Shown piece after piece: positions 9,904-18,505 of a stretch of DNA of 59,091 nt; positions within the stretch are counted from its first letter, which is position 1, and each line of letters begins with the position of its first letter. This DNA is from a virus (taxonomy: Duplodnaviria; Caudoviricetes). A program made the translations under genes and the position numbers. The DNA is taken from IMG/VR virus record IMGVR_UViG_3300035673_000004, positions 1 to 59,091 of that record, one strand, 5' to 3'. The notes beneath the pieces were generated by a model. It was not told where the DNA came from, ran no database searches, and saw only the letters and a program-made list of their open reading frames with translations.

Positions 9904-10247
9904 CACGGCACCGCCTTTTCGGCAGGCGCAGGTTCGTCGCTGTAAGTGCTGCCAAGCCACACCGTGACCCATCTCGCATTGCCGCGGTGGCTGTATTCCT
10001 TGCAGAGCGACGTGAAGCGCTCATCCGACTTGAGGGCGGATAGTTTACTCAGCGTCTCTTTTTTCGAGACGGCGAAATAATCCCAATCGTGGTTGGGTCC
10101 GGCGAACGGCACTGCGACATAAATACGCTTCGCAAGTTTTACGAACGCCAACGCGTCGGCTGCGGTCGTGCCGTGCTTCGTCTCGGCCTTGAAATCCTGC
10201 AGGGGCGACGGCGTATAGTTGTTGGGCGCGGCTTGCATCAACATCAC
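9903..10247 (-). CDS. Phage hypothetical protein
   Basis: GGGGAG RBS; coupled. Confidence 0.6.
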   Translation of the reverse strand: MMLMQAAPNNYTPSPLQDFKAETKHGTTAADALAFVKLAKRIYVAVPFAGPNHDWDYFAVSKKETLSKLSALKSDERFTSLCKEYSHRGNARWVTVWLGSTYSDEPAPAEKAVP

Positions 10248-10447
10248 AAAAACTCCCCAGCCCGCGCCACCACTTCAAGCGCATAGTCAGAAGTCGTTCG
10301 GCCTTTGCAAAAAGCGATGTATGCGCAGGCGAAATCCTCGGCGCTGGCAAATTGGCGGTCGCTCGCCAACTCGACGCGTTCGCAGAATTCCGCCCATGCG
10401 GAATCTCGCTTAGCTTCGCGCACGCTGGATTCGTGAAGGTGGGGCAT
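10244..10447 (-). CDS. Phage hypothetical protein
   Basis: ATG 10447 with GAGG RBS. Confidence 0.55.
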   Translation of the reverse strand: MPHLHESSVREAKRDSAWAEFCERVELASDRQFASAEDFACAYIAFCKGRTTSDYALEVVARAGEFL

Positions 10448-10461
10448 GGTTATGCGGCCTC

Positions 10462-11433
10462 TTACTTCGAGGCCCAAGCAGGCGTCGGAAGCAGACACTT
10501 TTTGCCCTTCATCTCCTCTTGCAGGCGCCGTTGAAAGATTGATTTCAGCCGTGAGTAACAAGGGCTGCGGTCTCGATCCGAAAGATTGCGCCCAGGCAGC
10601 CACGATAAATAGTCGCTATCGGCGGAAACCGACATCAGGGCTTTTTTGAACTCGGCTACGGTCAGGACGGCGTAGCGCTTAGTGCCACTACGATCCCGAT
10701 CGATTACGAGGCGATTCCACATCCACATGCAGACCGCCAAATTAAGGTTTCCCCACAGGCGGTGATATTCGGAGTCGCGACCCCATGCGGCGTTAGCCGT
10801 CGCCAAAAATAAAATGAGGTTCTGTTGCGATCCCTGATCGATCGATTTTGCAAGCGCAGATGCCGAACCGCCACCTCCCGCAGTTGGAGTTTCGCCGGAG
10901 GCGGCGTTCCAGGAACGCAAGAGCGCGGACATGCTAACGATCGGGCTCGATTTGCCTCGCCGTATTTGGTCGTATCCAACGAACTCACAACTCTTGCGAA
11001 TGGCGATCAAGGCTGGCGTAGAACTTTCAAGCCCGCGCAGAATGTCGTCTGGCCTCATTCGGACCAAACTGGAATTTAGTCGCACGAACTCATCTGCCAT
11101 TTCCGACATGCTGCCGAAGGAGCACACCCGGACATCTGCAATCACTTCGGCTAAGCCTGAAAGCTTGAACGCTTCGACGCGATGCTGACCGTCCACAATG
11201 TAAAGGTTCTGGTCGCTATTGAGTCCACCGAGCGTGATTACGCCTTCGATGCTTTTGGAAAGTTTCATCTGCTCGGTTACGGCGCGAACCTTTTCGTTCA
11301 CGCGCAACGGGCGCTGGAACGGAGGGACGCGCCATTGATTGACCATGCCCTGATCGAGAATCAGCGTATCCATTTTGCTCTGCTGGGCCTTTGGAGCCTC
11401 ACGAGCGCCGTTGATCGAGATGACTTTACCCAT
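10462..11433 (-). CDS. ParB/Srx-fold DGQHR-domain protein
   Basis: VPPFQRP...GVITLG...YIVDGQHRVEAF...F.RLN. Confidence 0.8.
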   Translation of the reverse strand: MGKVISINGAREAPKAQQSKMDTLILDQGMVNQWRVPPFQRPLRVNEKVRAVTEQMKLSKSIEGVITLGGLNSDQNLYIVDGQHRVEAFKLSGLAEVIADVRVCSFGSMSEMADEFVRLNSSLVRMRPDDILRGLESSTPALIAIRKSCEFVGYDQIRRGKSSPIVSMSALLRSWNAASGETPTAGGGGSASALAKSIDQGSQQNLILFLATANAAWGRDSEYHRLWGNLNLAVCMWMWNRLVIDRDRSGTKRYAVLTVAEFKKALMSVSADSDYLSWLPGRNLSDRDRSPCYSRLKSIFQRRLQEEMKGKKCLLPTPAWASK

Positions 11434-12109
11434 TCATTTTCTCCGTTACGGTTCTGAAGAATTCTTCTCGCGCGCTTTCGCAGGCGCTTTCCCAAACGCC
11501 TAGCAGCGCCCGCAAATCACGATCATGCTGTGTTTCTTTGGGGGCGACGAAACGCGGACCTCGCGTGCGCTTCTTGTGCTTCGGCGCCTTAAGAATGGTG
11601 CGGCGGACTTTCGCTTTCGTCGGCTCTTCGCCACACTTGAGAATCGCGTCGAGCGCTTGCCGTACAATGCCGGGCGTTTCAGCTTCAGCATCGCGGATGA
11701 GGCGAGCTTCGTGAATATCTTTGCTCGTAAGCCCGATCTCTTTAACGGTCGCTGGCGAAATCGAATTCTCTTCTGGAATTCGTTTTTTTGCACCGGCCGT
11801 CGCTCCAACGACTTCGCCACGCGCTTGTGCGGCATCATATTCGTCAGCGAGCCGGCGCTTTGCGCCCGCTTCAATGTCAAGGGCGTCGGCCTGGACGCGA
11901 TACGCGGTCCTGATCAGGTCGTCCGCTGCATCCTTCGCTTTGCTAAAGCGCGCCGCCTTCTTTGCGGCGTCATAGGCGACAGACGCCATGTCGCGGGCTT
12001 CGAGAATTTCCGCAGCGGTACGGGCGCCGGCAAGGGCGCTTGAAGCGCGATCAATAAGCGCGGTCAGGGCAACCCCTGTTCCGCTCTGCGTTGCTAAAGC
12101 TGATCCCAA
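11426..12109 (-). CDS. First gene of leftward operon; helical protein with HTH-like segment
   Basis: TTG start with GGGGAG RBS; AKRRLADEYDAAQARGEV...TVKEIGLTSKDIHEAR. Confidence 0.7.
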   Translation of the reverse strand: MGSALATQSGTGVALTALIDRASSALAGARTAAEILEARDMASVAYDAAKKAARFSKAKDAADDLIRTAYRVQADALDIEAGAKRRLADEYDAAQARGEVVGATAGAKKRIPEENSISPATVKEIGLTSKDIHEARLIRDAEAETPGIVRQALDAILKCGEEPTKAKVRRTILKAPKHKKRTRGPRFVAPKETQHDRDLRALLGVWESACESAREEFFRTVTEKMNG

Positions 12110-12176
12110 CGTCGCTTCTCCCCAAAATCACCACCCCCTGTCTCAGTCGGGGTATTGGGATGGTGTGTGGGAAGTA

Positions 12177-12219
12177 GCTATACCCGAATGCGGGTACCCG
12201 TGTCAATTGAATTCGGGTA
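12177..12219 (-). promoter_or_regulatory. PL promoter with OL operator
   Basis: Minus-strand TTGACA (12206-12201)-N18-TATAGC; operator TACCCGAATGCGGGTA at 12181-12196 plus a half site CGGGTA ending 12219. Confidence 0.75.
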
Positions 12220-12312
12220 AAAAGTTTGGGCGCGTGTTAAACTGCTCTGCGGGGTCGCACGGTGCGGCCCGCAGGAGTTCCCCGTGGTTGTCCCGACGTG
12301 TAAGGTCAACCC

Positions 12313-13182
12313 ATGGCGAGCCCGGTTCCGACTGATTTGGAAGACAGCGAGGACCGGATGATCATTCGGCTTGATCCAGGCGGGCCGATCGATTTGGAGG
12401 GCTTAGGGGCCAGTTTTGCGGCGCTGGCGCGGTATTACGGGCGCCACTACCACGGTCCCGCAACAGAGCCGGACGCCGCGCCCCGATTGTTTATTTCGAG
12501 ATTGGAAAACGGCAGCATTGTAGCCGAGATCGTGCCCTACATCGTCATGATGGGGCACGCCGTCCCGTTCATGCAACAGGCGATGGTGATCGCGGACTTT
12601 ACGAAGCGTATAGCAAAGGTGATTCGAGCCTACTCGGGCGAGGGCGATCCCGATGTTGGAAAGCCGTCACGCGACGATGCTCAAGATATCCGAGAGTTCA
12701 TCCGGCCATTGACCGGACGCCGAGGCGCCGGATTACAAATCTCGCACGCGCGCTATGAGCACAGAGATGGCAAGAAAGAAACGGTCATTGAATATAGTTT
12801 CGAAGAAACCGAACTCAATCGGGCAGCGCTGACGATCGATGCAGAGTTGGCCACGCCGATGCTTCTTCCGCCCGTTAACAAAAGTCCCGCAGTGAAGCCA
12901 TTTTCTGAGGTGATGTTGTTTTTCCAGCAAGCGAGTCGGGCTGCTGGAAAATCGGAAGGCCGCACTGCCGATAAGGCCATAGTGCCAGCCGTTTCTGCAA
13001 AACCCTTGCCAGTATATTTTCAAAAAGACGCGGACCTAAAAGACCAGATGGTTCGCGGCCAAACGAATCCGCTGACTGATACCACGTTCGTTGTAGACGT
13101 TGACGTTCAGATGGTTGACGGCGAGCCCAAGGGTTATCTGGTCACGCAGGTTCATCGCGTGATCCCCGGCGATGAGGCGTGA
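12313..13182 (+). CDS. Immunity-region accessory protein of unknown function
   Basis: 289 aa ORF between OL and the cI operon, oriented opposite to its neighbours. Confidence 0.8.
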   Translation: MASPVPTDLEDSEDRMIIRLDPGGPIDLEGLGASFAALARYYGRHYHGPATEPDAAPRLFISRLENGSIVAEIVPYIVMMGHAVPFMQQAMVIADFTKRIAKVIRAYSGEGDPDVGKPSRDDAQDIREFIRPLTGRRGAGLQISHARYEHRDGKKETVIEYSFEETELNRAALTIDAELATPMLLPPVNKSPAVKPFSEVMLFFQQASRAAGKSEGRTADKAIVPAVSAKPLPVYFQKDADLKDQMVRGQTNPLTDTTFVVDVDVQMVDGEPKGYLVTQVHRVIPGDEA

Positions 13183-13184
13183 GG

Positions 13185-13682
13185 CTAGGTGCCGGGCTTG
13201 GCTAAAAATTTGCGGCACTCGTCATATGCTTTTGTGAATTCAGAAAAAATGTCGTCGCGACTGATCTCGGTGCGGTGAGGCCAATCGGTGTACGTGAATT
13301 GGATCAACTTATCCGCCTTCAGAGCAGCGAGCGCCGCCGCGTCGAGCGGTAGTTGATAGCGCGCCTCCCCAGAATAGCGCTTGCCGTCGATCATGAAATA
13401 GAATTTTGAGCCAGGGTAGGTATCCTCAGCGATGCTGACATTGACTGACCCGGATTTCTGTACGCTGAATTTTAAATAGCTGGAGGTTTGCATGTAGAAA
13501 TGAACGCGGGCCTTAGCTACAGCGTCCTCGTGTCGCTTTGTTAAGTGCTCACTCGTTGACTGCGCGATCACGCAATCCTTTGTGCCCTTTGCCGGCGAAC
13601 TCCTCGGTCGCGCATCTGCAACAGCGTAAGCTTGCGTTGACCATAGCAATAAAAGTCCAATAACCGCAGTAGTAACTTTCAT
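13185..13682 (-). CDS. Secreted/periplasmic protein downstream of cI
   Basis: MKVTTAVIGLLLLWSTQAYA signal peptide; GGAGG RBS in cI 3' end. Confidence 0.8.
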   Translation of the reverse strand: MKVTTAVIGLLLLWSTQAYAVADARPRSSPAKGTKDCVIAQSTSEHLTKRHEDAVAKARVHFYMQTSSYLKFSVQKSGSVNVSIAEDTYPGSKFYFMIDGKRYSGEARYQLPLDAAALAALKADKLIQFTYTDWPHRTEISRDDIFSEFTKAYDECRKFLAKPGT

Positions 13683-13686
13683 CTCG

Positions 13687-14355
13687 CTACCTCCTCGAAT
13701 ATTTACCCAACACTCGATGCGCCCATTGCCATTCCCTGCGCAGCAAAGTGAAATCTTTCTTTGCACCATCGGGCGGGTTGTGCTGAGAAACCAGCCATTG
13801 CTCGGCTGTCTGCCGGCGCAATTCTTTGATCTGGGCGCGCGCAGAGCCTTCGCGCTCGGCATAGAAAACGTGCACTTCGCCGGGCTGCGGCGGGAGTAGG
13901 GGGTTCACGATCGCCGTCTCGCCGTGCCTAAACTCCGGAAACATTGATGTCCCGGTGATGATCAGGCCGTAGGATTCGCGGACCGTCTCGACGATGCCCG
14001 GTCGCGGGGCGAATTCTATTGGATCCGTGGTGATGATGATCTGGCCGGGCCCGCCTTCGGCTGAGGCATGCACGGGCCAATCGTTGCGGCCGAGCAGTTT
14101 GGCACCTGGGATGAGTGTGCCGGGCGCTGGCGGCGCTATTCCGGCCAAATCCGGGTCCAGTTCATCCATCGGCAGGTCGAGCAGCCGCGCGATGGCCGGC
14201 AACACCGATGGCATGCGCTTAAAGTCGCCGTTTTCGATCCGGCCAATGGTGGATTGTCCGCCGCCAACGGTTTCGGCGACTTCCTCTTGCGAGAGCCCCT
14301 TGAGCTCGCGCGCATTCCGAATCCGAATGCCAACCTCTTTCGCGTCCATTCCCAT
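13687..14355 (-). CDS. cI: CI-like repressor (XRE HTH + S24 autopeptidase)
   Basis: IRNARELKGLSQEEVAETVGGGQSTIGRIENG; GTSMFP (catalytic Ser) and QIKEL (catalytic Lys); start 14355 or 14349. Confidence 0.92.
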   Translation of the reverse strand: MGMDAKEVGIRIRNARELKGLSQEEVAETVGGGQSTIGRIENGDFKRMPSVLPAIARLLDLPMDELDPDLAGIAPPAPGTLIPGAKLLGRNDWPVHASAEGGPGQIIITTDPIEFAPRPGIVETVRESYGLIITGTSMFPEFRHGETAIVNPLLPPQPGEVHVFYAEREGSARAQIKELRRQTAEQWLVSQHNPPDGAKKDFTLLRREWQWAHRVLGKYSRR

Positions 14356-14359
14356 TCTG

Positions 14360-14429
14360 TACCCGATTATGGGTACGAAAGGGTTATCCCTTTGCGGGTA
14401 TTGACGGGTACCCGAAATTGGGTTATGTG
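14360..14429. promoter_or_regulatory. OR region: three 16-bp operators and PR
   Basis: TACCCGATTATGGGTA (14360-75), TATCCCTTTGCGGGTA (14385-400), TACCCGAAATTGGGTT (14409-24); TTGACG at 14401. Confidence 0.8.
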
Positions 14430-14437
14430 CTATTTCC

Positions 14438-14692
14438 ATGGACGCTCCCGCCAAACTTAATCCGCACGTCAAAGCAGCGATCGATGCCTGTGGCGGGAAG
14501 CAGGCACTCCTTGCGGAAAAGCTCGGCTGCGCTCAGCAGACCGTAAGCAAGCTGCTCCTCGGCGAAATAGAGATTGACCCGACGTGGGCTGTCCGCCTTT
14601 CCCGCGCGGCTCCTGGTGCCGTGTCCGCTTTAGATGCCTGTCCAGACTTGGCTGGCGCGGTTCCGGCGCATGCAGAGCAGGGCGCAGCATGA
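14438..14692 (+). CDS. cro: Cro-like repressor
   Basis: Divergent from cI; AIDACGGKQALLAEKLGCAQQTVSKLL...CPDL. Confidence 0.85.
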   Translation: MDAPAKLNPHVKAAIDACGGKQALLAEKLGCAQQTVSKLLLGEIEIDPTWAVRLSRAAPGAVSALDACPDLAGAVPAHAEQGAA

Positions 14693-15693
14693 ATCTGGCA
14701 TCCGCCCCTAGCACAATGCCCCGGCCCCGTGGCCGCCCGCCCGGATTGTTTAAGGGTCCGGACGCTCGTAGCCATGCGATGCGAGCGATGTACCTCGACG
14801 GTAAAACGCTCACGGTAATCGGCCGGAAATACAAGATATCCCGCGAGCGCGTCCGCCAAATTCTCACAAAGCACTATGGGATTCGCGCGCCCGATGGAGG
14901 CATGAGCCTGTCCGTCAAGCGCTGGCGCGACGTGCTCGACGCGCAACACAACGCGCGATCGTTCAAACTGTGGGGATGCAGCTACGCTGAATACAAGCGT
15001 ATTTTGAAGCATCCGGGCAAGCCAACACGGGCTTACTGGAACCAGCGACGGAACGAAAAAGAACGCGGTATCGGCTGGGATTTCAATCTCTGGCAATGGT
15101 GGAAAGTCTGGGAACAGTCTGGGCATTGGGACGAGCGGGGGAGAGGCGGCGGCTATTGCATGTGTCGCTTGAACGATACCGGTCCCTATTCGGTCGATAA
15201 CGTCTACATCGCGACCGGCATCGAAAATATGAGGGACTATTGGGTTAACCGGCACGGTGCCTCGCAAGGATTGGCTGACGGATTTATCGAGCGCGTCGAA
15301 AGTTGTCTGAGAAACAGGGGAATGACTGCCAGCGGATTGGGCCGCGCCGCTTTGAATGATCCTCATTTCGTTGAAAAACTTCGCGCCGGTAGCATACCTG
15401 GCCCCCAAACAATTGCGCGAGTCGAACAATTCGTCGCGTCCATGCAGAATGTTCCTGTACGGCAACGAAGACCGCAGCATCCGCTGGAGGTTTGGCGTAA
15501 TTCGCTCAATTTGACGCAACCCAGCGCAGCGCGGCACCTCGGAGTTTCGCTGAATACTCTTTCTGGCTGGGAGTGCGGCCACCATGTTCCTAACCGTAAA
15601 CATTTAACATCCATCTCGGAAAAAACCGGCGTCACCCTTGCGTGCCGACCTCAGCCCACCCCCGAACCAGCACTAGATCGGGCGGCGTCATGA
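14689..15693 (+). CDS. Multi-domain DNA-binding protein (AT-hook, sigma70-r4-like HTH, His-Me-finger-like domain, two further HTHs)
   Basis: PRPRGRPP; GKTLTVIGRKYKISRERVRQIL; YCMCRLNDTGPYSVDNV...EN; GMTASGLGRAALNDPHFV; LTQPSAARHLGVSLNTLSGWECG. Confidence 0.75.
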   Translation: MNLASAPSTMPRPRGRPPGLFKGPDARSHAMRAMYLDGKTLTVIGRKYKISRERVRQILTKHYGIRAPDGGMSLSVKRWRDVLDAQHNARSFKLWGCSYAEYKRILKHPGKPTRAYWNQRRNEKERGIGWDFNLWQWWKVWEQSGHWDERGRGGGYCMCRLNDTGPYSVDNVYIATGIENMRDYWVNRHGASQGLADGFIERVESCLRNRGMTASGLGRAALNDPHFVEKLRAGSIPGPQTIARVEQFVASMQNVPVRQRRPQHPLEVWRNSLNLTQPSAARHLGVSLNTLSGWECGHHVPNRKHLTSISEKTGVTLACRPQPTPEPALDRAAS

Positions 15694-15729
15694 ACCGCGC
15701 CCTCAATTCCGCTTCCGATTGCGCGATCA

Positions 15730-15969
15730 TCAGTTCGCGGACTTTCGCTTCTCACGAAGTCGCGCAGCCAACTCCAGCATGTCTTGCGCAAGCAACTCGC
15801 ATTGCTCGGCGGCAATTCCGAATCGATGAAGTTGTCGGTTTCTTTCCGTCTTTGGCGGCTCAACTGCCGGAAGCACTACGGGGAGAATCTTAATGTTCAA
15901 TATGCCGTACCCGGCTGGCGTCGTTTGTGTTTCCCATTCGATGATGGGGAAAATCGTTATGTCCGTCAT
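15730..15969 (-). CDS. Small antisense protein, weakly BssS-like
   Basis: GGAG RBS, ATG 15969; ITIFPIIEWET...GILNIKIL...FGIAAEQCELLAQDMLELA. Confidence 0.55.
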   Translation of the reverse strand: MTDITIFPIIEWETQTTPAGYGILNIKILPVVLPAVEPPKTERNRQLHRFGIAAEQCELLAQDMLELAARLREKRKSAN

Positions 15970-16098
15970 TTCCAGCTCCGGTTTGCTATGCGCTTCCCGA
16001 CCGATAGTCGAACGCAAATCCGAAATCAGCTTCACCCATGGCGCTGATCCGTCATCCGATCAATTCGATAATCGGCATTTAAAAGTCGGAGCGTCAGC

Positions 16099-17166
16099 AT
16101 GATCGGCGCAACCGCACTGCACACCCGCGCCGCCTGCGACAATTGCGGTGAGATGCCCGCTACTCGCGAAGGACCGGGCGGAACCGTTTTGTGCGATGGA
16201 TGCGGTGCCGCGAGGCCCGCCAACGACGACGCGCAGCGAGCATCCTGTACGCCCCCGCTGTGTGCGCGCTGCCAAAGCGATCCGGCGTTTTTCCGCCTCA
16301 GGGGTGGAGATTTGTGCTCGGCGTGCTTCGCCATTTCGAATTCAGTTGCGTCCACGCCCCAGGGCGCGAATGCGACGATCGATACGGGACCGCTCCCCGC
16401 GGCTGCCCCTCTCGTGTCGGTCGTCGCGACTCCTTCAAAACCCCGGGAAGCGCTGGCCTGGTTGCTGGCGCCGCTCGGAAGATCTTCCGACATCATAAAA
16501 GGAGATCGCCCTTGCCTTACGTCATCAGGCGCGGCGGATACGGCCCGAAAACTTATTGGGCCGGATTTAAGAACGCCGACGGCGTCAACCCGCCTCCTAG
16601 CAAGCCCCGGCTCCGATGGTCCAAACTCGAAACCGAGGCTATCAGCTTCCATACCATCGGCGGCGCCGATGCGGTCAAGCGCGGACTGCGCATGTGGCGG
16701 TTGTCGCCCCGCGCCGTTGCTACAGACCTTTCGTGAATCGGGAGTAGGTCCTGATGCTGCCAACCCCAGGCAATGCCACCTACGGGGGGTGACGGGCGGA
16801 GAGAGTGCCGCACCTAATTCATCTTGCCGACCTGGGGACAACGTCGCGCGACCTGACGCCCATGGTGTACGAGTCGGCCTGAGCGGTGTGCCGGCGCAAG
16901 AAAACACGCTCGTTGAATCCGACTCTGCGTCAGTCAACCAGTTTCCCCCTGACGCATCAAGCAAACTGGCGCCCTTAAGGCAGGACGCCGTTTTTTCTTC
17001 CGCCGATCCTGGCGCGTGCGGTTTCGATTTGGAAACTGACGCCTTGGTGTCGGGACTTGAAGCCGGCTGGATTCTTGAGCGCAGGAATTCGCAGACGTTG
17101 CGCGTCGTCGCAGCCAGCGACACGGCTTCGGCCGAAAATTCCAAATCTGAAACCCGAGGGGCATAG
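16099..17166 (+). CDS. Double zinc-finger protein; only the N-terminal ~135 aa look coding
   Basis: CDNC/CDGC and CARC/CSAC; distal part is low-complexity and overlaps a better ORF. Confidence 0.45.
   Translation: MIGATALHTRAACDNCGEMPATREGPGGTVLCDGCGAARPANDDAQRASCTPPLCARCQSDPAFFRLRGGDLCSACFAISNSVASTPQGANATIDTGPLPAAAPLVSVVATPSKPREALAWLLAPLGRSSDIIKGDRPCLTSSGAADTARKLIGPDLRTPTASTRLLASPGSDGPNSKPRLSASIPSAAPMRSSADCACGGCRPAPLLQTFRESGVGPDAANPRQCHLRGVTGGESAAPNSSCRPGDNVARPDAHGVRVGLSGVPAQENTLVESDSASVNQFPPDASSKLAPLRQDAVFSSADPGACGFDLETDALVSGLEAGWILERRNSQTLRVVAASDTASAENSKSETRGA
16512..16736 (+). CDS. Phage hypothetical protein (74 aa)
   Basis: AAAAGGAG RBS then TTG; MPYVIRRGGYGPKTYWAGF... Confidence 0.55.
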   Translation: MPYVIRRGGYGPKTYWAGFKNADGVNPPPSKPRLRWSKLETEAISFHTIGGADAVKRGLRMWRLSPRAVATDLS

Positions 17167-17169
17167 GTC

Positions 17170-17739
17170 ATGACGCGAATGTCAGGGACGATGGACTCAA
17201 TTGCAAATCTGTCCGGGCACAACTTGGGGCCATCGTGGCCTCAAAACGGGGCCATCAACGCCGCTATCGTCGCGAAAATAAAAGACATTTATCCGCAAGA
17301 CACGATCAAGACGCTGCAAGCGTGGCTGCGCATGACGTGGAAGACCGCCAAGAATCGCATCCTTGGCGAGCGGGAATTTTCGCTCGACGAAGTCGGCGAA
17401 TTGCTCGGCTCGGACCATGGCTTCAAGGTCCTGACCGCGATCATGGAAGCCGCGGCGCAGCGGCCGGGATATCGCGTCCCGGACTGGTGGGCTGTTTGCG
17501 AACCGCTCATGGACCTTGCCGACGCCGAACGGCTTTGCGAAGCTGTACGCCGCCGAACCGACAAAGCGATCCGGAAACGCGAGGATGTGGTTGATGCGCT
17601 CGAAACTGAAATCCGGCGTACCCAGACCTTGGCTATTCTCGGTCCGGGACCGGCTCGGGCGCGCTCTGATGCGCTTCACTCCATCGCTGGCAATAAGGGT
17701 CGCATGGTGGCTGCCCCGTCCAAGGGACGGCACCGATGA
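17170..17739 (+). CDS. CII-position phage regulatory protein
   Basis: HTH-like TIKTLQAWLRMTWKTAKNRILGEREFS; position after cro. Confidence 0.6.
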   Translation: MTRMSGTMDSIANLSGHNLGPSWPQNGAINAAIVAKIKDIYPQDTIKTLQAWLRMTWKTAKNRILGEREFSLDEVGELLGSDHGFKVLTAIMEAAAQRPGYRVPDWWAVCEPLMDLADAERLCEAVRRRTDKAIRKREDVVDALETEIRRTQTLAILGPGPARARSDALHSIAGNKGRMVAAPSKGRHR

Positions 17740-18254
17740 CGGAAGCCCTCAAGACTGAAATTCCGCGCTGTACCGCTTCGGGCGAGATGCCCGTCAACCC
17801 AAACGACGCGCCGACGCCAACTAGCGTAACGCGCCCGGACGGGCAGAAGGCGGACCACTGGGTTATGTGCCCGACAGAAATTATTCAGGCTGGGTTCAAG
17901 CGTCCAATTCGATTGAAGTACCGGCATGTAGGCCTCGCTGGACCGAAGTATCCGTTGAGCGATTTGACGCCGGAGCAAAAGAGGCTTTGGGGTGACGATT
18001 GTGGTGTTATCAAGTTTGAGGCCTATCCTGCAGGCAGTCACGGAAACGGACGGGTTTGGTTGCAGGCCGATCTCGACAGGATCGACAAGGGCTGCGGCAC
18101 CGTCACCTCAATGCCGCGCCCGATCGCCGAGACCTACGCCGCAAACCCCGGCTACTACGGCAGCACGTTCTGTTGCGGCTGCGGAAAATATCTGCCGGTC
18201 GGCGCCAAGGGCGAATTCGTTTGGGACGGCACCAATGATCGGGTCGGCACATGA
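17736..18254 (+). CDS. Phage hypothetical protein (Zn-binding)
   Basis: GCGTVTSM...IAETYA.NP.YYGSTFCCGC...EFVW. Confidence 0.75.
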   Translation: MTEALKTEIPRCTASGEMPVNPNDAPTPTSVTRPDGQKADHWVMCPTEIIQAGFKRPIRLKYRHVGLAGPKYPLSDLTPEQKRLWGDDCGVIKFEAYPAGSHGNGRVWLQADLDRIDKGCGTVTSMPRPIAETYAANPGYYGSTFCCGCGKYLPVGAKGEFVWDGTNDRVGT

Positions 18255-18505
18255 GCCTGCACCTGGCGAAGCCAGAACACGAAGTCGCCTATCAAGACAT
18301 GTGTCAGCTCGTCAACAAGCATGCGAGCAAACTCACTGCGCTTGAGCTTCTAGCGGTCGGCGCGAACATGCTCGGCAAACTGGTCGCGCTTCAAGATCAG
18401 CGAACCGTTACACCAAAACACGCGATGGAAGTAGTCGCGCAAAATATCGAGCACGGCAACAAGCAAGTTCTAGATCAGCTTTCGCGCACCAAAGGCGTGG
18501 GCTGA
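18251..18505 (+). CDS. Phage hypothetical protein
   Basis: ATGA-coupled ORF. Confidence 0.7.
   Translation: MSLHLAKPEHEVAYQDMCQLVNKHASKLTALELLAVGANMLGKLVALQDQRTVTPKHAMEVVAQNIEHGNKQVLDQLSRTKGVG

Noticed and set aside
14533-15603. 356-aa minus-strand ORF
   Set aside because: Antisense shadow of the motif-bearing 14689-15693 gene
16748-16790. Possible hammerhead ribozyme (CTGATG core)
   Set aside because: Reads CTGATGC, not CTGATGA, and no GAAA follows a stem II
16032-17222. 396-aa minus-strand ORF opposite the 355-aa plus ORF
   Set aside because: Low-complexity translation, no RBS or motifs
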